DNA of 64,000 nucleotides from Macrostomum lignano (taxonomy: Eukaryota): the NCBI GenBank assembly GCA_002269645.1, contig NIVC01001631.1, forward strand, positions 192,949 to 256,948, in the 5' to 3' direction. Made by a program: the position numbers and the translations under genes. The notes under the pieces were generated by a model. That model was not told the origin of the DNA and did no database searches. It was given only the letters and a program-made list of their open reading frames with translations. Numbering within the stretch: the stretch's first letter is position 1; each line of letters opens with the position of its first letter. Below are positions 12,590 to 23,800 of the stretch, piece by piece.

Positions 12590-12985
12590 AGGCAACCTTA
12601 AATTAGGATTTGTAATTAGGCAGCCTCAATTAGGGGTTTATTTCAATTAGAATCTGTAATTAGGCAGCCTCAATTAGGGTGTTTATTACATTAGAATCTG
12701 TAATTAGGCGCCCTCAATTAGGGGGTTTATTAAATTAGGATCTGTAATTAGGCGCCCTCAATTAGGGTGTTTATTACATTAGGATCTGTAATTAGGCAAC
12801 CTCAATTAGGGGTTTATTACAATTAGAATCTGTAATTAGGCAACCTCAATTAGGAGTTTTATGAAATTAGGATTTGTAATTAGGCAGCCTCAATTAGGGG
12901 GTTTATTAAATTAGGATTTGTAATTAGGCGGCATCAGCTGGGGGTTTTATTACATTAGGATCTGTAATTAGGCAACCTCAATTAG
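12590..12985. repeat. ~44-bp tandem repeat (TAATTAGGCAGCCTCAATTAGGG..TTTATTACATTAGGATCTG)
   Basis: About 9 copies. Confidence 0.92.
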
Positions 12986-14535
12986 GTGTCGTGCCGTATC
13001 CAGTTTGCAGCATTGACAAATTCACCTGTTAGTCTTCCTCTAAATCGGTTTCAGCATATTTCGCACAAAGAGTCTGTGTTAATTTTTATTTTAATTTTTG
13101 TTGATTTATTTTTTTAACAACCCAATGATAATCTATTAAAATATTATTATGTACTTTAATCTGGTCACTAAATTGCTTGTCAAAGTAGCGTCTTTTTGTT
13201 TTAATGTTAAATATTGATATTTTTTCTACAAAAAATCATTGTGCTTTGGTATTTTTGTAGGTTTTCTTCTCTGGCTATTGGCTTTAGTAATTTATAAAAA
13301 TGCATAAATTAACTGCATGTATTGTATATTGAATTAATCTATTATGGTGACATATGCCTACAATGAACACACAACCTCTGTGCCTATTTTACTTTAACTG
13401 CTAATTATTACTGCTGCTAATAATAATACACGGTTTTTGTTCGAATTCTTAGAAGTAAATAAAAATAATTAAACAAAATAACATAATTAAAATTATTTTG
13501 TATCGTTAGTCAATAAGTGTTGCTTTCTTAATCAGGGCTTCTATTTTATTAGTAAAAATTGCAAAATTAAAATTTGATTATGTATTGAGATTAAAATACG
13601 AATTTTGAATTTTTGCTATTCTAAAGATTGACAGTTTTGGGGTGTGATGGAAAAATTCCCACAGAGGAGATTGAAAACTCGCTTCAGGGATAGTGAAAAA
13701 TTCTATCTAAAAATCAATTCAAAAATTACATAGAGTAGATACTGGAAACTCCCATTTAAAGATTGTGGAACATTCCATTTGGAGTATACTGGAAAATTCC
13801 ATTTAGGAATATTATAAAATTCCATCTAAAAGAAAATCTCAGGAGTAGTGAAAGATTGCATAATTAGTAAGAGAAGTTTTCTCCTTCACTAAAGAAGGCT
13901 TTGCTAAGTGACTGATCAATAACTTTATTAAAAAGGATTTCTTTAAACAAATTTGGATAACATTGCACAGAGCGGGTTGTACAAACACCAATAGTCATTA
14001 GAAAGTATAAGTGATAAATATGAATACGACAGAATAACACTGTAGTTAAACAAATATAAAACAAATAATTAACCGACTAGATTAAGTTTTGACAACAAAA
14101 TCAAATTAAAGCAAAAAGCATCACAGACTAAAGGTAAATAATAATATTGGTAAAATTGATTGCTTTGGAACGAACCTGATTAAACTCGCGCGAAAAACGG
14201 ACACAACAAAACAAAATTCTAGGAAATATTTATGAGCAAAAACGCTACACGATCGGAGGGGGGGGGCTAAATTTCACAGCTACAAAATAACAATTCGTTC
14301 AATTTTGCAGATAAAAAATCTGAACGACAAGCAACGGAAATGATTAATTTTCTAACTGCACTACTTACTAAATCTACTGTAAGTAGCCAAGTAGCAAATG
14401 TGTTCGTAATAATTTGCGGAAATGTGAGAAAATGTTAAGTTAAACAATCGCGGTGACTAGAAAGAGGAAAATAGAACTGTTCAAGCTCTTTTATTAGATG
14501 TGTATTTTCACGCAAATAATAAAATCTCCCAATTT

Positions 14536-14798
14536 CTAATGCACGTCGTCCTCGTCCCATTCCTCGTCCTCCTCCCGGACCCGGGCCTGTGCTAGCAGCG
14601 GCCGGTGCTGGGCGGTCGGCACCGCAGTCGCCGAACTGACGCCCTGCACATCGTCTCCGTTCACCGCCGAAGAAGAAGACGTGATTCGCTGACGCAACGC
14701 CCTCAAGATTGCGTCCAAATCTGTGTCGAGTTTCGATTCCAGTCGGGTCAGGTGCGACTCCAGGCAGGCCACTTTTGCGTAGAGCGACTCCAGAGAGA

Positions 14799-14858
<60 letters not shown>

Positions 14859-17800
14859 ACGGCAGATAAGACGAGGTCACGGATGCTTGATGGTGAACGG
14901 TGGCAGGCGTTACTATGGTGGTGGCCTGCGTGTCCTGACTGTGACTGCTTGCCTGCGGAATTGCGGGGCTTCTATTGATTAGTGAGCGGATTGGTGCTGA
15001 AGGGGCGGATTTAGAGAGCGGGTTTTGGGGGCGGATTTAAAGAGCGGGTTTTGGGGGGGCGGATTTAAAGAGCGGGTTTTGGGGGGGGCGGATTTAAAGA
15101 GCGGGTTTTGGGGGGGGCGGATTTAAAGAGCGGGTTTTGGGGGGGCGGATTTAAAGAGCGGGTTTTGGGGGGGCGGATTTAAAGAGCGGGTTTTGGGGGG
15201 CGGATTTAAAGAGCGGGTTTTGGGGGGGGGCGGATTTAAAGAGCGGGTTTTGGGGGGGGCGGATTTAAAGAAGGGGTTTTGGGGGGGCGGATTTAAAGAG
15301 CGGGTTTTGGGGGGGGCGGATTTAAAGAGCGGGTTTTGGGGGGCGGATTTAAAGAGCGGGTTTTGGGGGCGGATTCACGCAAAGAACCCTGTGACAACTC
15401 ACCTGGCTGACGGAACGCATCTGGCCAAACACCTGCTGCAGGGTGCTGACAGCCCTCTGTGAGATGCCTCCTCCGCCTCCTCCGGCGCCACCAAAGTCCA
15501 GATTGGCCGGGGTGACATCCTGTCCGGCTTTGTCCGGAGAGAACTCCAGAATGCCCGCGCCGGAACTGCAGCCGATGGCAGCTGCGGCAGCTGCGGCTGA
15601 GGAGGCGGCTGGCTCAGGGGGGTCTGGCCATAGACTGCGGAGGGCCGGACCGGCGCCCCACTGCCGCTGCCCCGCCGGCGCCCCCTCTGTAGGAGGCCGA
15701 CAAAGAGTAGGACGGACCGAGAGGTCGTTTGCGAGAGCCGAGGTTCAATGAGGCGTGGAGTTGCTGCTGCTGTTGTTGAGATTTCCTCGAACTGCTTCGG
15801 GATAAAGCTTCAGGCCCGATTCTCTCGTTTGGATCCGCTGTTGACGGGGTGTAGCCTGCGGTTGGAATTGCATTGCACTTTGTGAAGTAGCGGATTTTTG
15901 GGGAGGTCAGTTGACCCACTGTATTATCTAGGGAGGTCAGTTGACCCACTGTATTAACAAAGGAGGTCAATTGACTCACTGTATTATCTAGGGAGGTCAA
16001 TTGACTCACTGTATTATCTAGGGAGGTCAGTTGACCCACTGTATCATCTAGGGAGGTCATTTGACCCACTGTACTAGCTAGGGAGGTCAGTTGACCCACT
16101 GTATTATCTAGGGAGGTCAGTTGACCCACTGTATTAAAAAAGTAGGTCAATTGACCCACTGTATTATCTAGGGAGGTCAGTTGACCCACTGTATTATCTA
16201 GGGAGGTCAGTTGACCCTCTGGGGTCCTGGGAGGTAATTTGATCCTATGGGTCGGCTGACTGCTTTGGTTCCTGTGGAAGTCAGTTGACTCCCTGGGATT
16301 GTGAGGAGGTCAGTTGACTCCCTGGTGCTGTGGCGAGGGTCGCTTGGCCCTCTAGGTTGGTGAGGAGGTTAGTTAACCCTCTGGGTCATGAGGAAGTCAG
16401 ATACCTCACTGAGGCTGTAGGAAGATCAGTTGACCCTCTGGGTTCCTGGGGAGGTCCGTTGACCTCTGGGATCATAGGGAGGTCAGCTTTGCCCCCAGAT
16501 TGCGCCAGAGGTCAATTTTACACACTTACATGTAAGCTACAAAACAGAATAATGCGGAGTCATTGAAGCTGGGATGACCCCTGACCCCCCCCTGATCGCG
16601 ACCTCACCTCTAGCGGTGACGGCACTGGACAGCTCCTCGTCCCTCAAGTCGAAGGTGATCTCCATATTCCTATTAAAATAGTCCGCAAACGCTGGGTACA
16701 TATCGAAGGTCTCCAACAGGTCGTCGCGATGGATTTTGTGCAGATCGCAGTACGTCAGCGCCCTGACATTGCACTTGGACTTGCCCACGGTTTCGAACTG
16801 GCAGGGCATCTCTCCGAATACGTCGTCTTTGCCGAGTATGGCGAGCACCGTGTCATCCTTCAGGATCTCGATGCTGCCCCTGTGAAGTTCGAGAGGGATG
16901 AGGAGGTGTCAGTGAGGGTGTCAGTGAGGGTGTCAGGGAATTGTCAGTGAGGGTGTCAGTGAGGGTGTCAGGGAGTTGTCAGTGAGGGTGTCAGGGAGTT
17001 GTCAGTGAGGGTGTCAGGGAATTGTCAGTGAGGGTGTCAGTGAGGGTGTCAGGGAATTGTCAGTGAGGGTGTCAGTGAGGGTGTCAGTGAGGGTGTCAGT
17101 GAGGGTGTCAGTGAGGATGTCAGTGAGGGTGTCAGTGAGGGTGTCAGTGAGGATGTCAGTGAGGGTGTCAGTGAGGGTGTCAGTGAGGGTGTCGGTGATC
17201 AGTGAGGGTGTCAGTAATGTCAGTGAGGGTGTCAGTGAGGGTGTCGGTGATCAGTGAGGGTGTCAGTAATGTCAGTGAGGATGTCAGCAAGGCCACACAC
17301 CTGGCCACAAAGTACAGCGCATTGAGGATGTCGCCCCTGTGCACCAGGATGTCCCCGGGGGGCACGTGGGTGGACTTGAACTTGAGCGACAGAGTCCGCA
17401 GACAGCCGGGGCTGGCTTCCCTGAAGGCGGGGCAGTTCTTCAGCAGGTTGCGGTTCAGGTGAAGGCAGATGTCGGCCTGCAGGCACTCCGGGAAGCCCTT
17501 GAGCACCAGGTTCATGTCGATGCCGTTGGTGTAGGACCAGGCGTGCTGGAAGTACTCCTCCAGGCGCTGGCGCAGCGGGTTGGGGATCTGGTGGAAGCGG
17601 ATGAACTCCCGCACCCTCAGCATCTGGGTGTGGTAGCGCGCGGTGCCGCTGTACAGCCGCTGGATGATGGCGGAGACGTTGCCGAAGATGCTGGCGTACA
17701 TCAGGCTGCCGATGAGCATCACGCAGATGCTGAACACCTTCTCCATGTTCGTGTTGGGTGACACGTTGCCGAAGCCCACGGAGGTCAGGCTGGAGAAGGT

Positions 17801-20800
17801 GAAGTACAGCGCCGTGATGTACTTCGATTTGAGGCTGGGGCCAGAGTTCGTGTCGCTCAGGTTGTAGTGCTGGTGAGTCTGCCGGGGCGGTTCGAGTGGG
17901 GGTGGCTTTGATTGGCTGAGAGACAGAGGGTGAGACGGAGGGTGAGACAGACAGAAGGTGAGAGAGAGGGTGAGACAGAGGGTGAGACAGACAAAGGGTG
18001 AGACAGACAGAGGGTGAGACAGACAGAGGGTGAGACAGACAGAGGGTGAGACAGACAGAGGATAAGACAGACAGTGGGTGAGACAGACAGAGGTTGAGAC
18101 AGACAGAGAGTGAGACAGACAGAGTGAGACAGACAAAGGGTGAGACTGACAGAGGGTGAGACAGACAGAGGGTGAGACAGACAGAGGGTGAGACAGACAG
18201 AGGATAAGACAGACAGTGGGTGAGACAGACAGAGGTTGAGACAGACAGAGTGAGACAGACAGAGGGTGAGACTGACAGAGGGTGAGACAGCGTGTGAGAC
18301 GGAGGGTGAGACAGACAGAAGGTGAGAGAGAGGGTGAGACAGACAGAGGGTGAGACAGAGGGTAAGACAGGGAAAGAATAAGACAGCGAATTAAGTATTC
18401 ATTTTTTGGAAATTAATCAGAAAAATTCACACTTTCTACTTTAAGTAGCTTACCGTTACTTTTAACAATGTAAAATAAAAAACTATCAATAATAGTGAAC
18501 AGGCAAAAAGTCCCACCTGGTCAGCCAGCTGGTCCAACCAGCCGATTTTCTGTTGCAACGAGGGCCTTTCAATGTTGCCGATGGCGTACCAGATGCAGGC
18601 CAGCCAATGAGCGATCAGGGCGAAGGTCGCCATGAGCAGCAGCAGCACAGCGGCTCCGTACTCTGAGTAGCGGTCCAGCTTTCGGGCGACTCGGACCAGA
18701 CGGAGCAGTCGGGCAGTTTTCAGTAGCCCGATCAGAGTGGTTGGCTGCCGGGGTGGGTGCGGGATTCAATCTTACCCTATGAGAAATGGATGATTTCTAA
18801 GAAATCTCACCCTATAAGAAAAGGACAATTTCTAAGAAATCTCACTCAATGAGAAAAGGACAATTTCTAAGAAATCTCACCCTATAAGAAAAGGACAATT
18901 TCTAAGAAATCTCACTCAATGAGAAAAGGACAATTTCTAAGAAATCTTACTCAATGAGAAATGGACAATTTCTAAGAAATCTCACTCAATGAGAAAAGGA
19001 CAATTTCTAAGAAATCTTACTCAATGAGAAAAGGACAATTTCTAAGAAATCTCACTCAATGAGAAATGGACAATTTCTAAGAAATCTCACTCAATGAGAA
19101 ATGGACAATTTGTAAGAAATCTCACTCAATGAGAAATGGACAATTTCTAAGAAATCTCACTCAATGAGAAATGGACAATTTGTAAGAAATCTCACCCAAT
19201 GAGAAACGGACAATTTCTAAGAAATCTCACTCAATGAGAAATGGACAATTTGTAAGAAATCTCACTCAATGAGAAATGGACAATTTCTAAGAAATCTCAC
19301 TCAATGAGAAATGGACAATTTGTAAGAAATCTCACCCTATGAGAAATGGACAATTTCTAAGAAATCTCACTCAATGAGAAATGGACAATTTCTAAGAAAT
19401 CTCACCCAATGAGAAACGGACAATTTCTAATAAATCTCACCCAATGAAAAACGGACAATTTCTAAAAGTTTCACTCAATGAGAAATGGACAATTTCTAAG
19501 AAATCTCATTCAATGAGAAATGGACAATTTCTAAGAAATCGCACCCTTCAAGAAATCTCAAAGCTCAAGTCTCATGATAATCAAGCTTATTAGATTATCA
19601 AGCAAAGCGAATTTCTCACCTCGTCAGTCTCGGAGCCCCAGAGCAGCAGATCAAAGGGAATCGCCGCTACTACATCAATGAGGAACCAGCCTTTGAAATA
19701 GTGCACGGCTATGCGACCCGGATGCGAGACTACTTCGTCATTTTTGTTCACGTAGGTGGTGCGAAAGTTGATCAGGATGTCCACGATGAACATGACGTCA
19801 ACAAGGATGTCAATGACGGCCAGTGGGTCAGTGTAGTCCAAATTGTGCTGGTATTTCTGCGCGAAAAAGAATTTCATAAATTTTATTTTATTAGCTATTG
19901 ATAATTAATAAAAGTCTAAGAAATAAAAGTTTAGCTACTATTAGTAGAAATATAAGAAGTCTTTCAAATTTAGGAAAATGCATCAAGAATTGCTTATCAC
20001 TGCATTTAAGCTGAAACGTAAGAAAAATCGATTATAAAAGCAAGCGCTAATTTAGCTACTGTAAGTAGAAATGTCAGAAAAGTACTATTAAAACAGTGAA
20101 CTTTTTTAAAACAAAAATGCTTTTTGGCTACTGCAAGTAAAAATATAAGAAAAATACAATCTTAATTAAAGGCAATTAAAAAAGTAATAGAAAACTGACT
20201 AACCTTTTTTCTTTTCTCTTCATCGTTGAGCAGGAAGGCGGCCACATAGGGTGTGAAGATGGCCGTGTAGATTACCAGAATCAGGATCAGCCAGTCCCAC
20301 ACAGCTTTGAACGGTGAGTAGTGCAGAATGGTGCACCTGTGAATCCTGGGCGACTGCAGTTTGTACTCTGGCAAAATGTCCGCTCCGAGAGACAGCATCT
20401 GGAAATTTAGGTTCAAAAATGGTTGCTACTTTTCTATTTGTGCGTATTTTATTTCTTAGAAATCGGCTTAATTAAACAAACCGCCACGAAATGATATCTG
20501 ATAGAAGCATTCTCAAGTGACCGTAAAGAATAAAAAATAATAATAAATTTAGTATTGAAAACTGTTGAAAATTTTGTAAGCCATTCAAAACAGAAACTTA
20601 TTCAATTTTTTCCAAGACTCATAGATTTAAACAAAACAAGGAATTAAAAAAATTAACTCTCTTTTCAAATCTAAATGATTCATGCAGGAAATTTCCTAAA
20701 ATAATTCATATTAAAACATCCTGTCGGCAAGGATTTTAAAATATAAATTGAAAATGAATATTTGTTAAACCTATTTTAGATTTTCTCGCACGGATTCAAA

Positions 20801-23800
20801 CTGACAATATTTTAGTGCGCAAACCAAAGAATAGAAAACTTTTTTATTTCAAAGTTTCTATCCTTAAAGAAAGATAAACCAGATCGAGACTGCAAACTGC
20901 CTAAAAAATCCCCCAGGCCACACGCTGACCAACTCTGCGTCCTCCAATTCGTCATCTTGCGGCTGAAAAATCAATAAAAAATCGATAAAAAATCGATATT
21001 GTTTCTAAGAAAACTTTTGTGAATAAGAAAAAACTCGGTGACCAATTTCTGTGACTATTTTTATTTAAACAAATATTGAAACACAGAATTGATTAATTGG
21101 ATTCAGACTTCGCCCCTGCGCCGCCGCTCCAGTTGGGCATCCTCGTAAGCGGTTCTCTCAACTGAGGTTACTATGCAGCCTGCGCGAGCCAGCAGCTGCA
21201 AACAGTTTGCAGAATTCTTCCATTTGTGATTTGTGGGCCGATCCGTACAAGACTGCTTAGATAGATATTCATATTTTGCTCAGGCATGTACGGCTTCTTT
21301 GTAGGCAAATGCTTGAAATATTGTCAGGTAATTAGTTGCTCCTCTGCTCTCTCTCTTCTTCCCTCTGTCCCCTCTCTCTCCTTCCCTCTGTCCCCTCTCT
21401 CTCCTTCCCTCTGTCCCCTCTCTCTCCTTCCCTCTGTCCCCTCTCTCTCCTTCCCTCTGTCCCCTCTCTCTCCTTCCCTCTGTCCCCTCTCTCTCCTTCC
21501 CTCTGTCCCCTCTCTCTCCTTCCCTCTGTCCCCTCTCTCTCCTTCCCTGCCCCTCTCTCTCCCTCCCTGCCCCTCTCTCTCCTTCCCTCTGTCCCCTCTC
21601 TCTCCTTCCCTCTGTCCCCTCTCTCTTCTTCCCTCTGTCCCCTCTCTCTCCTTCCCTTTGTCCCCTCTCTCTCCTTCCCTGCCCCTCTCTCTCCCTCCCT
21701 GCCCCTCTCTCTCCTTCCCTCTGTCCCCTCTCTCTCCTTCCCTCTGTCCCCTCTCTCTTCTTCCCTCTGTCCCCTCTCTCTCCTTCCCTCTGTCCCCTCT
21801 CTCTCCTTCCCTCTGTCCCCTCTCTCTCCTTCCCTCTGTCCCCTCTCTCTCCCTCCCTGCCCCTCTCTCTCCTTCCCTCTGTCCCCTCTCTCTCCCTCCC
21901 TGCCCCTCTCTCTCCTTCCCTCTGTCCCCTCTCTCTCCCTCCCTGCCCCTCTCTCTCCCTCCCTGCCCCTCTCTCTCCCTCCATCAGTTCAGATCATACA
22001 GATTCAACATAAAAAACAAACCTATTGAACTGTATTTTCACACAACCGCCAACAACAAACTAATGTTCATCCCACCCCGATCTCAGCGCTCACCTGGGCC
22101 ACCTTCTCAGACACGTTGTGCTTCATGGAGACAACGCTGGGAGAAAAGTACACCCCTGGCTGCTGCTGCGAGTCGCCGTCTTTCGCCAGCAGGACGCTGC
22201 CAGACTCCCAGTCGTACGGGGGCGGGTCGCTCAAGTCGAAATCGGAATCGTTGTTGCGCTGCGCGTTGCGAACTGGACCGGTTTGGAATTGAGGCAGGGG
22301 GGGGTGTTGCGGCTGTTGCTGAGGAATGCGCCTTGCTCTGGGAAAATCTTTTTCCACAAACAAGTGTTCACAAGTTTTCCTGAATAACTGTAACTCGTTA
22401 TTCAGCATTGCAACTCGTTTAACCCCTGTGTTTTATCTCCCGCAGCTCACTCCATCTCTCCCTTCCTCTCCCTCCCTCTCTCCCTTCCTCTCCCTCCCTC
22501 TCTCCCTTCCTCTCCCTCCCTCTCTCCCTTCCTCTCCCTCCCTCTCTCCCTTCCTCTCCCTCCCTCTCTCCCTCCCTCTCTCCCTTCCTCTCCCTTCCTC
22601 TCTCCCTTCCTTTCGAGGCTCTCTCTCTTCCTTCCCTCCTTTCCTCCCTCTCCCTTTATCTCTTTCCCTTTCCCTACCTCTCCCTTTCTCTCCCTCCCCT
22701 CACTGTCTTCGTTAACTCACTGTCTCCCTCGCTCCCTTCCTCTCTCCCTTCCTTTCCCTCTTTTTTCCCCTTTCTCTCCCTACCTCTCCCTTCATCTCCC
22801 TACCTCTCCCTTCATCTCCCTACCTCTCCCTTCATCTCCCTACCTCTCCCTTCATCTCCCTACCTCTCCATTCATCTCCCTACCTCTCCATTCATCTCCC
22901 TACCTCTCCCTTCATCTCCCCACCTCTCCATTCATCTCCCTCCCTTTTATCTGCTCCCATCTTCATCTGCCCCGGCACTCACGCTGGCCGGCCAGATTGG
23001 CGCTGGCGCAGCTCAGGTCCAGGCCATCAAAGCTGGGACTCAGCGACAGCAGACTGCCGCCGCAGTGGTCGGCATTCAACAGCCCGCCGCCCCCGCCGCC
23101 GCCTCCTCGCTTGTCCTTGCCGCCAATTCCGGCTCCGGTTGCGCTGGCGCCATGCGCCGACCCGGTTCCGCCGGCTCCATCGTCATCAACGCCTGTCGGC
23201 GAATCTCTTCGAAGGTGCAGCCCGACCAGGGCACCGCGCCACAGGCCGCGGATGGTGTCACGAAGACCGAGGCTGCCTTTAAAAATAAAGAAAATACCCG
23301 AGAGAAAGCATATTTAGTTGACTTATTGAAATTTTTCTAGCAATATTCGCTGCTTGCCTACTATAAATAGACTACTTTGTATATTTACTCGAGTAGTTTT
23401 AAGTGTTTCAAATTCATAAAAAAATATCACTTAGACCATATAGGCTCTTTTCCATGCAGTCGAATGTTAATATGTTGCTCTGACAACAGTATGTGTGCTT
23501 AGTTTAATCTACCATTTTTACAAGAAATCTTCATTATAAGTAGAAGCTTGATGTAGGTCTTGACAAGGACATGCAGGTCTAAGAAAATTAATACAGACTT
23601 CTTTCAAAGAGCCATTTACAAGACAATTGTATTTGCAAGTTAAAAACATAACACAAGAAAACAGACAACTTGAAACACTGCAGCTTTACCAATTGACGAG
23701 CTGCCAAGCGTGAGGTTGGAGCCTGCATGCGAGTTTGTCGAAAGAAGTCGAATATTAAAAATATAATTTGATTTTTTGGCGCAAGTTTAGTAAAAATGTG

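Noticed and set aside
12590-12985. TTAGG(G) telomere-like words
   Set aside because: Embedded in a 44-bp unit and never tandem, so not an interstitial telomere.
13640-13870. NF-kB-like GGAAAATTCC/GGAAACTCCC motifs
   Set aside because: Part of a degenerate AT-rich local repeat between two gene 3' ends; motif match alone is insufficient.
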